In this document: piece after piece, positions 1 to 6,970 of the stretch | How positions within the stretch are numbered: position 1 is the stretch's first letter | How the letters are laid out: every line of letters begins with the position of its first letter | DNA from: a virus | Length of the DNA: 64,000 nucleotides | Reading direction: 5' to 3' (one strand) | IMG/VR virus record: IMGVR_UViG_3300009537_000005 | Notes under the pieces: model-generated | Told to the model about the DNA's origin: nothing | The model's database searches: none | Seen by the model: the letters and a program-made list of their open reading frames with translations, nothing else | Program-made: the position numbers and the translations under genes

Positions 1-123
1 TGGTTTACTTGGCCCGTTGCGATGCTGATGATGATTTATCTATTCATCAATGCCTTTGTTGTATTGTTAATAGAGTGGGACAATGAGTAATTGGTACGAG
101 AAGTCCAGTTATGAAAGGCATGA

Positions 124-318
124 ATGATGATGTCAGAACGTGATACTGCGTTAGCCAATATAATCATCTATTGCTTTGAGGGTGATTATGTTAGCCCCAT
201 GATGTATCTTCAGGGCGGCTTGACCGAAGAGGAAATAAAGAAACTGATGAAAGCCTCCAAGCAACTCAGCGACCTCTGCTTGCAGGAGATACAAAAAAGG
301 AGAAATGCAGATGAGTAG
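124..318 (+). CDS. hypothetical small early protein
   Basis: ORF track; first of a co-oriented run of small ORFs. Confidence 0.3.
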   Translation: MMMSERDTALANIIIYCFEGDYVSPMMYLQGGLTEEEIKKLMKASKQLSDLCLQEIQKRRNADE

Positions 319-514
319 ACCCACATTTCCGCATTGTATTTTACCTGTTGCGTGTATTCGTGCCATTGTCGCCGAGCAAAAAGCTTATGACGACGATCCT
401 GAGGAATATGAAAGACAAGAACGGATTAGGCAGGAAGAAAGAGAATTAGAACAGCAAAGACAGTATGAAAGAAAGCAAATGGAGTGGCAGGAGATCAGGA
501 GGCGGGATGGATAA
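305..514 (+). CDS. hypothetical protein (E/R/Q-rich, helical)
   Basis: ORF track; overlaps the upstream ORF stop by 14 nt. Confidence 0.3.
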   Translation: MQMSRPTFPHCILPVACIRAIVAEQKAYDDDPEEYERQERIRQEERELEQQRQYERKQMEWQEIRRRDG

Positions 515-785
515 ATGTTATAGAATACGCAAAACTTGGTCGAATGGCAATGGAAATTCAAATTATGCCCATCATGCTGATGTAGTAGCACCTCATTGGG
601 CAACAGCATTGAAAGCCGCAAAAGAAGGACGAGTTAGGAACTGGCGATGGATTGATACATGGGATTCGTCTGACGAGGCCTACGAAGAATATGAATATCT
701 ATATCCAGTAGAGCCAGGAAATGCGCCTTGGCATCAGAACAAGATCGCCAAGCCTGTGGAGATCAAGCGAAGGAGGGAGAAGTGA
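465..785 (+). CDS. hypothetical protein; C-terminus EIKRRREK encoded by the 27-nt cassette
   Basis: ORF track; stop TGA 783-785 overlaps GTG 782-784 of the next gene (GTGA). Confidence 0.35.
   Translation: MKESKWSGRRSGGGMDKCYRIRKTWSNGNGNSNYAHHADVVAPHWATALKAAKEGRVRNWRWIDTWDSSDEAYEEYEYLYPVEPGNAPWHQNKIAKPVEIKRRREK
759..785 (+). repeat. 27-nt translational-coupling cassette, copy 1 (GAGATCAAGCGAAGGAGGGAGAAGTGA)
   Basis: Identical 27-mer also at 968-994 and 1185-1211; it encodes EIKRRREK-stop in one frame and SD plus GTG start in another. Confidence 0.7.
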
Positions 786-994
786 GATACTTTGATTATG
801 AGGTACTGGGTTATTGCGAGGCTGGTGTCCCAGCTCCTAGAACTCCAGAAGGTGTTGTCGATTGTCAAGAAAACGCAATGTATCGAATATGGTGGATGGG
901 TAAAGAAATAGATTCCATGCTGTTGTGTCCCGAACACTTCAAGAGTTTCTCAGAAGCAGAGGAAAGAGAGATCAAGCGAAGGAGGGAGAAGTGA
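782..994 (+). CDS. hypothetical protein; probable GTG start inside the repeat (ORF track lists 728..994)
   Basis: AGGAGGGAG SD 8 nt upstream of GTG 782; the same frame ends in a second EIKRRREK cassette. Confidence 0.35.
   Translation: MRYFDYEVLGYCEAGVPAPRTPEGVVDCQENAMYRIWWMGKEIDSMLLCPEHFKSFSEAEEREIKRRREK
968..994 (+). repeat. 27-nt translational-coupling cassette, copy 2
   Basis: Exact repeat. Confidence 0.7.
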
Positions 995-1170
995 CAAAGT
1001 TTGCAGAAATAAAATTAAATGTTGGAGCTACATATGTTCAGCCCTTCGATCAATTAGATGTACTTATTGACGAAATCAAGGAAGGGGAACCGGGGCATGA
1101 ATGGACTATCAAGATCGTTGAAATGACCGAAGAGGAATACGCTGCTTTGCCTGAATTTGAAGGGCACTGA
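991..1170 (+). CDS. hypothetical protein; probable GTG start inside the repeat (ORF track lists 925..1170)
   Basis: GTG 991 is preceded by the cassette SD; GTGA overlap with the upstream stop. Confidence 0.3.
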   Translation: MTKFAEIKLNVGATYVQPFDQLDVLIDEIKEGEPGHEWTIKIVEMTEEEYAALPEFEGH

Positions 1171-1184
1171 AAATCACGAAGATT

Positions 1185-1211
1185 GAGATCAAGCGAAGGA
1201 GGGAGAAGTGA
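1185..1211 (+). repeat. 27-nt translational-coupling cassette, copy 3
   Basis: Exact repeat; GTG 1208 is the start of ORF 1208..1471. Confidence 0.7.
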
Positions 1212-1471
1212 TGTTCGCACCTATATTTGAGAAGAATAGCGATAGATTTATTCTGCGTCTAGAAGATTACATTGCAGAAGATCATAATGGGGCATGGGAA
1301 ATCGGATGGGGAATTGCATTAGTTGAAGGAGTCATAATGGGCTTCAAGTTTACATCTGAAACCATTGAGATCGAAGGCGAAGTTCCTCATGTTCCGGCCA
1401 ATTTAGGCGGATGGCCTGTTGCTGTTTTGTCTGGCCCTACCTTTGATTGTAATGATAACGCCATCAAATAA
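1208..1471 (+). CDS. hypothetical protein
   Basis: GTG start at the identical position in the third copy of the 27-nt cassette. Confidence 0.4.
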   Translation: MMFAPIFEKNSDRFILRLEDYIAEDHNGAWEIGWGIALVEGVIMGFKFTSETIEIEGEVPHVPANLGGWPVAVLSGPTFDCNDNAIK

Positions 1472-1485
1472 GCGAAGGAGGCGGG

Positions 1486-1680
1486 ATGGGCGAAAGACGA
1501 CTTAAGACGACCAACCTAGACGAAGCGAGCGAATGGTTGCTCGATAACATATCAGGTCTGCGGGAGTTTGAACTACAAATAACGATTCGTAGTGAAGACT
1601 TGCTTCCGTTAGTGAAGTTTGTGACAGGTGGGGTTGTAGAAGATGCGTCCAATCAATTGTCACTTTGGACAGAAGAGTAA
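1486..1680 (+). CDS. hypothetical protein
   Basis: ATG preceded by AAGCGAAGGAGG, a partial fourth copy of the cassette. Confidence 0.35.
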   Translation: MGERRLKTTNLDEASEWLLDNISGLREFELQITIRSEDLLPLVKFVTGGVVEDASNQLSLWTEE

Positions 1681-1710
1681 ATTTTAAAATAGTCCCGCTT
1701 TTTAGAGAGG
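1679..1710 (+). promoter_or_regulatory. conserved upstream element AAATTTTAAAATAGTCCCGCTTTTTAGAGAGG (copy 1)
   Basis: Near-identical copies at 7464-7496 and 7737-7770, each 5-10 nt upstream of a small-ORF start. Confidence 0.4.
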
Positions 1711-1714
1711 CTTA

Positions 1715-1999
1715 ATGGTGGATGCACAACAATTTTTACAGATAATCGAAAAAATTTGGTGTCCAGACGGTGTAGCGAAGGGGCTTGGGCCGTGTCGAAA
1801 TTGCATGTTGAGAGCCGCGGTAACCATCCACCACATAACGCCCCGTAGCGTGGCTCCTGAACGTGTCTACGACATAGAAAATGTTCTTCCACTATGCCAT
1901 ATCTGCCACGAGTGGGCAGATACGGCGGGTAAAGCGGGACGAAACGAGTTGTACTTGATAGTGAAAAAAAGACTGGACAAGAAAGTGAGGAAACTATGA
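1715..1999 (+). CDS. HNH endonuclease-like protein
   Basis: Motifs HH-x-N ... PLCHICH (Cys/His HNH core); preceded by the conserved AAATTTTAAAATAGTC element. Confidence 0.55.
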   Translation: MVDAQQFLQIIEKIWCPDGVAKGLGPCRNCMLRAAVTIHHITPRSVAPERVYDIENVLPLCHICHEWADTAGKAGRNELYLIVKKRLDKKVRKL

Positions 2000-2274
2000 A
2001 CATAAAATACGACCGACTACCTGAGCACATGAGGCACGGAGCAAAGCTCTACATTGAACATGGCATTCGACCCGGTGGTTTTTTGACGGCGGTGTTGGAA
2101 AACAACCTTGTTCTCGCCTTTCAATTGGCGGACGGAATCAACCAAGGTTGTATGAAAGACTGGGCTGTGTGGCTAACGTGGGACATCCCCTCTCTTGCTT
2201 GGGGTTCTGCGGAGATGGTAGATATCTGGTCCAGAGCCGGCGGGATGGGACAGTTCGATGATATACCTGATTAG
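1996..2274 (+). CDS. hypothetical protein
   Basis: ORF track; ATGA overlap with the upstream gene. Confidence 0.35.
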   Translation: MNIKYDRLPEHMRHGAKLYIEHGIRPGGFLTAVLENNLVLAFQLADGINQGCMKDWAVWLTWDIPSLAWGSAEMVDIWSRAGGMGQFDDIPD

Positions 2275-2845
2275 CGACCAACACTGGGGACACAATAACA
2301 TACGCCATCTGTCCGTATGGAGAAACTTCGAAACGTTGCAGGATATGGACATCTACATGATTCGAGAATGGAATGGTCGAGTTTTGCCCGGCGATGATGT
2401 GTACCATTTAGGTGACATCTTCTGGAACATTGAGACCGCCCGGCGTGTACTACCCAGACTAAACGGGAACATCCGGCTCATCAAAGGAAATCACGATTGG
2501 TGGTTGGATCGAATGGAAGACGAAGACGAATGGATGTTCGACAAGATAGAGATTCTCGACCCCATACATCGTATCAATTTCAACAAGACGAAGATATGGA
2601 TGTCTCACTTCCCACTTCGAGTGTGGGAAGGTAGTTTTCAAGGTGCTATGCATGTTTATGGGCACTGTCATGGTACAATTGAAAAGGAACGGTTACCTCG
2701 GTCGATGGACATGAGTGTAGACGTGGCCGGCTACCAGCCTTGGACCGTGGAGGAGGTGTGGACTAAGCTGAACAAAGACCCCATTCGGCCGGAGGAACAG
2801 CGTATCTCTGGTGGCCTGAACTATTCAGAAAGGAAAGGACAATGA
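2258..2845 (+). CDS. metallophosphoesterase (calcineurin-like phosphatase fold)
   Basis: D-x-H-x-GH, GD-x-x-W and GNHD motifs in canonical order. Confidence 0.65.
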   Translation: MIYLISDQHWGHNNIRHLSVWRNFETLQDMDIYMIREWNGRVLPGDDVYHLGDIFWNIETARRVLPRLNGNIRLIKGNHDWWLDRMEDEDEWMFDKIEILDPIHRINFNKTKIWMSHFPLRVWEGSFQGAMHVYGHCHGTIEKERLPRSMDMSVDVAGYQPWTVEEVWTKLNKDPIRPEEQRISGGLNYSERKGQ

Positions 2846-3210
2846 ATGACGAAGAGCGAGCAGAAGAGATACAAAGACTCATTAAGAATGTGGACCTCGG
2901 TTCTCTGGATGAAAACAAGAAGAAACTCGTAAAACTAGTCCCAATTCTTTCGTGCAAAATACCCGACTGCCCGGAAGGACTCCATCGGTTCTTGCTTCAC
3001 ATTGATACGTTAGAGGGCACACCAATAGGAGTGAGTCTTGGTGTAGAAGATTGTGAAACGAGCGAAACAGAGGAAATCGTGTTGCTAATCCCTGACGTGT
3101 TGGAATTAATGGAAGCCGTTGGGAACATGATTCGTTTGCAATTGCTAAGACTAGCACTCAGTAGACTGGATTTTGACGACGATGCACCCGAAGATTTATT
3201 ACTTAGTTAG
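2842..3210 (+). CDS. hypothetical acidic protein
   Basis: ORF track; ATGA overlap. Confidence 0.4.
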   Translation: MNDEERAEEIQRLIKNVDLGSLDENKKKLVKLVPILSCKIPDCPEGLHRFLLHIDTLEGTPIGVSLGVEDCETSETEEIVLLIPDVLELMEAVGNMIRLQLLRLALSRLDFDDDAPEDLLLS

Positions 3211-3475
3211 AAAGCTAACGTGGCGAGAAAGCAAGCACTTTTGGCGGACGCAAAGGGCGGAAGTGTACGTTTCCTGTCGGGGGATATGTTGGTTGTGCGG
3301 ACATCGGGTATCCCTAAATGACCGTAAACCATTCTCCATAGACCATATTATCCCCCGTGTGTTGGGAGGTTCGGACAAGCTGTACAACTTGCGACTAACT
3401 CATGCTAGTTGTCATCAGAAGCACTCAAAGACGCAACAGGAGCGACTTGACAGATACGTCGTAAATACGCGATAA
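3173..3475 (+). CDS. HNH endonuclease
   Basis: C-x2-C ... DHIIP ... GG ... N-x-x-L-x-H-x-x-CH-x-x-H: a complete HNH motif. Confidence 0.6.
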   Translation: MTTMHPKIYYLVRKLTWRESKHFWRTQRAEVYVSCRGICWLCGHRVSLNDRKPFSIDHIIPRVLGGSDKLYNLRLTHASCHQKHSKTQQERLDRYVVNTR

Positions 3476-3479
3476 TATA

Positions 3480-3905
3480 GTGAGAGAAAAAATGTGGGAC
3501 GAAGACAGATTACAAGAAGGATGCGACCGATATCACCGTCTGAAAGAGGACGGTCACTTAAATAAAATTGGAGGAAGAATAATGCCAACCGTTTATGCAA
3601 AAGAAGAAGGAGTAATTATTTGGTCGGACTTAAATAGGGCACACAAAGCCGGACGAGTGCCACGGTATGAACCGCTGACTGTTCTTAATTCGTATAAGAA
3701 CTGGTATAGAATCTCTCGGCCGGATGACATCTCTCTGCCACCCGACCCGCTGTACGATGACTACTGGGTACACAACACGGACGTTCTGATGGGACTTCCC
3801 GACCCGATACTACCGGACCCAACACCAGACCCGGTGCCGGGAAATATCAGTATAGACGATGTAGCACAAGCCATTTTCGTAGTCTTGAGATGGTTAAAGC
3901 AGTAA
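3480..3905 (+). CDS. hypothetical protein
   Basis: ORF track. Confidence 0.4.
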   Translation: MREKMWDEDRLQEGCDRYHRLKEDGHLNKIGGRIMPTVYAKEEGVIIWSDLNRAHKAGRVPRYEPLTVLNSYKNWYRISRPDDISLPPDPLYDDYWVHNTDVLMGLPDPILPDPTPDPVPGNISIDDVAQAIFVVLRWLKQ

Positions 3906-3909
3906 GCGC

Positions 3910-4353
3910 TTGGAAGGACCAAGTCAGGCCACATGTATATGGTCTGTTAGCCGCCGTCGGGTGGCAACAAATGGCTCTATGGGCGCTGTTCAACTGGAAG
4001 TGGGAGTGGGGATTTGCCATTCTGTTCGGATTGTCTTGGTTGACAATCTTATTACCGATATATATGTACTGCTACGTAATCTGGCGTACATGGGAGGAGG
4101 TATGAATGAACTAGAACTGCAAACGTACCGATCACAATTCGATAAACATACGCTTCAGATGATGGTAGTGATGTACTTGTATGAATTGTACGACATGATG
4201 TTCGTGGTAGATAGACGAATCGCAAGACTAACACCAAATGGGCGGGAATTGGCTGAGGTTCTGTTAAAAGAGCCCGAATACAGGGATTTTGCTATTGAAA
4301 GGGTCGATTCTGTACGAAAAAACAGTTCAAAGTGGCAAGACTACGTAAATTAG
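3910..4353 (+). CDS. hypothetical protein (alternative overlapping ORF 3890..4105 encodes a TM peptide)
   Basis: ORF track; last ORF before the tRNA-array promoter. Confidence 0.3.
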   Translation: MEGPSQATCIWSVSRRRVATNGSMGAVQLEVGVGICHSVRIVLVDNLITDIYVLLRNLAYMGGGMNELELQTYRSQFDKHTLQMMVVMYLYELYDMMFVVDRRIARLTPNGRELAEVLLKEPEYRDFAIERVDSVRKNSSKWQDYVN

Positions 4354-4365
4354 CAAGTTTGGGGC

Positions 4366-4406
4366 TTGACAAATTTACATTTTGATCCCAAAATATATGT
4401 GCAGGG
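4366..4406 (+). promoter_or_regulatory. sigma70-like promoter of family TTGACAAA-N17-CAAAATATA; drives the tRNA/Y RNA array
   Basis: cTTGACAaatttacattttgaTCCCAAAATATAtg; the same 40-nt architecture recurs at 11665, 38232(-), 51676(-) and 58940(-). Confidence 0.6.
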
Positions 4407-4478
4407 GCTAAAACCCCGGTTTGCCCGATAAAAAATTGCCCGGCTACCTAAATGGATGAACGCAGGGCGGGGCAACTC

Positions 4479-4550
4479 GCAGGGCTGATCTAACTGGAAT
4501 GAGCATTGTCTCCAAAACAATGAATCCTCGTTCGAATCGAGGGCCCTGTG
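4479..4550 (+). tRNA. tRNA-Trp (anticodon CCA)
   Basis: Acceptor GCAGGGC/GCCCTGT, anticodon arm ATTGT-CTCCAAA-ACAAT, T-arm CCTCG-TTCGAAT-CGAGG; weak D-stem. Confidence 0.6.
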
Positions 4551-4555
4551 CTTAT

Positions 4556-4626
4556 AGGCGTGTCGTCTAATGGCAAGACGCGAAGCTGTTAACTTCGTTA
4601 TCTAGGTTCGAGTCCTAGCGTGCCTG
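4556..4626 (+). tRNA. tRNA-Asn (GTT)
   Basis: Acceptor AGGCGTG/CGTGCCT, anticodon arm CGAAG-CTGTTAA-CTTCG, T-arm CTAGG-TTCGAGT-CCTAG. Confidence 0.7.
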
Positions 4627-4632
4627 CCTAAT

Positions 4633-4755
4633 GTGAGCCGAAGGGTCGTGGGTTATCATATCAGAAACGTAAAAGTCGCCTCTCGGGGTGAACATACGAA
4701 GGCAGGAGCCGTGATGCCCGGCCATCTCCCATCCCATTCCTTGCTCGCATAACTT
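4633..4755 (+). ncRNA. Y RNA-like ncRNA A (Ro60-binding-type helix; 3' end abuts tRNA-Ala)
   Basis: 5' box GAGCCGAAGGGTCGTGGGTTATCAT pairs with 3' box CCTTGCTC to give GAGC-[C bulge]-GA / UU-GCUC; a pyrimidine tract CCATCTCCCATCCCATTCC precedes the 3' strand; compare human Y RNA 5' GGUCCGAAGGUAGUGAGUUAUC. Confidence 0.65.
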
Positions 4756-4827
4756 GGGGAATTCATATTAACGGGAGTATGCCTCGTTTGCACCGAGGTC
4801 GTGTGGGTTCGAGTCCCTCATTCTCCA
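4756..4827 (+). tRNA. tRNA-Ala (TGC)
   Basis: Acceptor GGGGAAT/ATTCTCC, anticodon arm CCTCG-TTTGCAC-CGAGG, T-loop TTCGAGT; atypical D-arm. Confidence 0.55.
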
Positions 4828-4947
4828 CCTAGCCCGAGTGACGACGGTCACGAGCATATGCCGGGCAAGGTATTCGTCTCTAGCCGCAAATCGAGACGCC
4901 GCTGCGGAAACTGACCTGCCCCGTAGACGCGGTTTGTTAAGGTCCAC

Positions 4948-5019
4948 GCCCCTCTGGTGAAATGGATATCACTCGTGGCTTCGAACCACGCGTTGCGCGT
5001 TCAAGTCGTGCGGGGGGTG
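4948..5019 (+). tRNA. tRNA-Arg (TCG)
   Basis: Acceptor GCCCCTC/GGGGGGT (G-U pairs), D GTGA-loop-TCAC, anticodon arm CGTGG-CTTCGAA-CCACG, T-loop TTCAAGT. Confidence 0.65.
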
Positions 5020-5087
5020 CCTAATCGGGTCGGGGACATAGCGTTACCTGGCTAAAGTCCGCTGTGTCACAAACTTATCCGAAACAT

Positions 5088-5159
5088 GCCGATATAGCTC
5101 AGATGTAGAGCAGTCGCCTTGTAAGCGACAGTGCGTGGACTCGAGAACCACTATCGGCC
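5088..5159 (+). tRNA. tRNA-Thr (TGT) with a non-canonical T-loop
   Basis: Acceptor GCCGATA/TATCGGC, D GCTC-AGATGTA-GAGC, anticodon arm GTCGC-CTTGTAA-GCGAC; T-loop reads CTCGAGA instead of TTCRAAT. Confidence 0.55.
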
Positions 5160-5162
5160 CCA

Positions 5163-5234
5163 GCGGGCTTGGTGTTAGCAGTAGCACGACGGCCTTCCAA
5201 GCCGCAAGGACGAGTGCGAATCTCGTAGCCCGCT
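5163..5234 (+). tRNA. tRNA-Gly (TCC)
   Basis: Perfect acceptor GCGGGCT/AGCCCGC, anticodon loop CTTCCAA, T-arm ACGAG-TGCGAAT-CTCGT. Confidence 0.7.
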
Positions 5235-5363
5235 CTTAAGCAGAATTAGTTTATCTTAGTAAAACGGAGCCTTGCCAAGGCTCAGTGCGGGGAGCATGGC
5301 CCCGATTCTGCTCCTAAGATACTGTCTGAACAGGAGGTTCGAACCCTCCCAGCAGTATCTCAG

Positions 5364-5434
5364 TGCCTCTTAGTCTAGCGGCAGGACTGCGGTCTTTGGA
5401 ACCGTAAGGCGTGGTTCGAATCCACGAGAGGCAT
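5364..5434 (+). tRNA. tRNA-Gln (TTG)
   Basis: U1-A72 acceptor TGCCTCT/AGAGGCA (bacterial Gln-like), anticodon arm GCGGT-CTTTGGA-ACCGT, T-arm CGTGG-TTCGAAT-CCACG. Confidence 0.75.
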
Positions 5435-5437
5435 CCT

Positions 5438-5566
5438 ATGGTTTGGAACAGTCCTTTTGGTACGATTTATATCTCGCCCGACGTATATTTCGTTCTACTC
5501 GTCGTATGGTTATCTTTGCTTGTATATGGTGGAATGTACATCATGGGAGTGTTCGAAGATAAATAA
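5438..5566 (+). CDS. hypothetical 42-aa hydrophobic peptide (MVWNSPFGTIYISPDVYFVLLVVWLSLLVYGGMYIMGVFEDK) between tRNAs
   Basis: Uninterrupted ATG..TAA frame filling the gap between the two tRNA-Gln genes; predicted single TM helix; below the ORF-track size cutoff. Confidence 0.25.
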   Translation: MVWNSPFGTIYISPDVYFVLLVVWLSLLVYGGMYIMGVFEDK

Positions 5567-5639
5567 TCAGGGACGGTGTAATAGGTTGCACGTCCGGCTC
5601 TGAACCGGAAGATTGCAGGTTCGATCCCTGCTCCCTGAT
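5567..5639 (+). tRNA. tRNA-Gln (CTG)
   Basis: U1-A72 acceptor TCAGGGA/TCCCTGA, anticodon arm TCCGG-CTCTGAA-CCGGA, T-arm GCAGG-TTCGATC-CCTGC. Confidence 0.75.
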
Positions 5640-5718
5640 CCTAGAGACACACAACGGACAAGGCTAGAGGCCGCCGAAGGCGGGTGGGTAGCGAGTGGTT
5701 GACCAGTGTCTCTAACAA

Positions 5719-5791
5719 GCCGCTGTAAGATAAAGGACAGTCGCCAATGCTTCTAACATTGGGAGTGGTGGTTCGAATCCATCCAGCGGTG
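5719..5791 (+). tRNA. tRNA-Arg (TCT)
   Basis: Acceptor GCCGCTG/CAGCGGT, anticodon arm CAATG-CTTCTAA-CATTG, T-arm GGTGG-TTCGAAT-CCATC. Confidence 0.65.
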
Positions 5792-5793
5792 CC

Positions 5794-6025
5794 TATATCG
5801 GGGATTGGGAAAGTCTAGCTAATCCGCTCGCCTTGGACGCGAGAGATCGCTGGGGCAGAGCCAGCATCCCCGACCTAGCCCCCACCGGTACCAGTGAGGG
5901 GTGAGCCTAGTTTCGAGGCCAACTATTCTGTGGCTCAACACAATGTTGGTCCCTGCCTTGAGCAAGTAGGCTAGGCAAATGAAACCCGCCCGGCTGTAGC
6001 GTATGCGAAATTCGCCGGGCAATAC
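5794..6025 (+). ncRNA. unassigned structured spacer in the tRNA array (candidate ncRNA)
   Basis: 232 nt with no tRNA fold; nested inverted repeats (GGGGAT..ATCCCC; GCCCGGC-19nt-GCCGGGC); the overlapping minus-strand ORF 5819..6037 has no support. Confidence 0.25.
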
Positions 6026-6107
6026 GGAAGCGCCCAAAGGAGCGGTACGCGGTCTTGAAAACCGTGAGATGTGAAAGCATGTGGGAGTTCGAGTCTCTCC
6101 GCTTCCG
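6026..6107 (+). tRNA. tRNA-Ser (TGA), class II
   Basis: Acceptor GGAAGCG/CGCTTCC, anticodon arm GCGGT-CTTGAAA-ACCGT, long variable arm (about 18 nt), T-arm GGGAG-TTCGAGT-CTCTC. Confidence 0.75.
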
Positions 6108-6256
6108 CCTAAAGGGTCTATCTGCCCCGGCCCCTAGCTATGGGCACATAGCATAAGAGGTCGCATTCTAGAGGGGCTTGGATTGATCCTAGCCCGCTTC
6201 AAGAGATTGCACCATGTCAGAAAGGACAGAGAGCAAACCATTGGCGGGCTAAACGT

Positions 6257-6328
6257 GGGGATTGTAGTTTATGGAGTAAAACCCTGTCTGTGGAACAGGC
6301 GTAAAGGGTGCGAATCCCTTCAATCCTC
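6257..6328 (+). tRNA. tRNA-His (GTG) with encoded G-1
   Basis: Extra 5' G pairs with C73; acceptor GGGATTG/CAATCCT, anticodon arm CCTGT-CTGTGGA-ACAGG, T-arm AAGGG-TGCGAAT-CCCTT. Confidence 0.75.
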
Positions 6329-6334
6329 CCTCAT

Positions 6335-6406
6335 GTGCTTGTAGCTGAGACAGTCTAGCACTCGGTTGAAGCCCGAGAGACACTGGTGCAATTCCAGTCG
6401 AGCACA
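6335..6406 (+). tRNA. tRNA-Phe (GAA)
   Basis: Acceptor GTGCTTG/CGAGCAC, anticodon arm CTCGG-TTGAAGC-CCGAG, T-arm ACTGG-TGCAATT-CCAGT. Confidence 0.75.
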
Positions 6407-6411
6407 CCTAA

Positions 6412-6484
6412 GTCTCTGATGCGAATGGCAAGCGGACCACCTGCAAAGTGGTTACTAACGTGGGTTCGAATCCCACCAGAGACT
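6412..6484 (+). tRNA. tRNA-Cys (GCA)
   Basis: Acceptor GTCTCTG/CAGAGAC, anticodon arm ACCAC-CTGCAAA-GTGGT, T-arm GTGGG-TTCGAAT-CCCAC; 7-nt variable loop. Confidence 0.65.
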
Positions 6485-6505
6485 CCTTAAAACAAACGAA
6501 GAATT

Positions 6506-6577
6506 GGGTTTGTGGCGAAGTGGCATCGCACCAGCCTCTTAAGCTGTGAGTCGGTAGTTCGAATCTACCCAAGCCCA
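6506..6577 (+). tRNA. tRNA-Lys (CTT)
   Basis: Acceptor GGGTTTG/CAAGCCC, D GCGA-AGTGGCAT-CGC, anticodon loop CTCTTAA, T-arm GGTAG-TTCGAAT-CTACC. Confidence 0.7.
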
Positions 6578-6582
6578 CCTAT

Positions 6583-6663
6583 GCAGTTGTGGTGGAACGG
6601 CATACACGCTGGCCTCAAACCCCAGTGGGGAAACCCGTGCAGGTTCGACTCCTGTCAACTGCA
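6583..6663 (+). tRNA. tRNA-Leu (CAA), class II
   Basis: Acceptor GCAGTTG/CAACTGC, D GTGG-AACGGCAT-ACAC, anticodon loop CTCAAAC, 13-nt variable arm, T-arm GCAGG-TTCGACT-CCTGT. Confidence 0.65.
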
Positions 6664-6667
6664 CTAT

Positions 6668-6741
6668 GCAAGCGTGAAGGGAATGGCATACCTCGGTCAT
6701 TTAAAATGACTGGCTTGGTGGTTCGAGTCCACCCGCTTGTA
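6668..6741 (+). tRNA. tRNA with anticodon TAA (Leu codons UUR) but a short class-I variable loop
   Basis: Acceptor GCAAGCG/CGCTTGT, anticodon arm GGTCA-TTTAAAA-TGACT, 5-nt variable loop, T-arm GGTGG-TTCGAGT-CCACC. Confidence 0.55.
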
Positions 6742-6746
6742 CCTAT

Positions 6747-6821
6747 GCCCTCGTAGGAGAATTGGCATATCCGCACGGTTTAGGCCCGTGGTCAATAGTG
6801 GTTCGAATCCACTCGGGGGTA
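6747..6821 (+). tRNA. tRNA with anticodon TAG (Leu codons CUN) but a short class-I variable loop
   Basis: Acceptor GCCCTCG/CGGGGGT, anticodon arm CACGG-TTTAGGC-CCGTG, 6-nt variable loop, T-arm AGTGG-TTCGAAT-CCACT. Confidence 0.55.
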
Positions 6822-6890
6822 CCTTGTGTAAAGTAGTTTAGATTTTTCTTAACTCAAATCCATTTGAGTATAGTTTTCTTTACTCAACGC

Positions 6891-6965
6891 GCGCCGGTAG
6901 CTCCAATCGGTTAGAGCAGGAGTCTTTTAAACTCAAGGCTGGGGGTTCGAATCCCTCGCGGCGCA
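6891..6965 (+). tRNA. tRNA-Lys (TTT)
   Basis: D GCTC-loop-GAGC, anticodon loop CTTTTAA, T-arm GGGGG-TTCGAAT-CCCTC, acceptor GCGCCGG/GCGGCGC (7-66 mismatch). Confidence 0.65.
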
Positions 6966-6970
6966 CTCCT

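Noticed and set aside
465-994. Taking the ORF-track starts 728 and 925 for the second and third cassette genes
   Set aside because: Those ATGs lie deep inside the preceding genes with no SD. The repeated cassette supplies an SD plus GTG at the same relative position three times, so GTG 782 and GTG 991 are preferred. The track coordinates remain possible.
4404-4478. An extra tRNA upstream of tRNA-Trp (partial duplicate GCAGGGCGGGGCAACTC)
   Set aside because: There is only an acceptor-like 7-mer duplication. No D, anticodon or T arms can be drawn. It is probably leader sequence between the promoter and the first tRNA.
5794-6025. tmRNA or RNase P RNA in the long spacer
   Set aside because: I could find no tag-peptide reading frame ending in a stop with a resume codon and no tRNA-Ala-like acceptor/T-arm pair. 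GGGAAAGTC only loosely resembles the RNase P P4 motif. It is left as an unassigned candidate ncRNA.
5819-6037. Minus-strand 72-aa ORF
   Set aside because: It lies inside the tRNA array on the opposite strand and overlaps a structured spacer and tRNA-Ser. It has no RBS and biased Arg/Gly/Leu content typical of spurious GC-rich frames.
6512-6709. Plus-strand 65-aa ORF
   Set aside because: It completely overlaps tRNA-Lys(CTT), tRNA-Leu(CAA) and the TAA tRNA.
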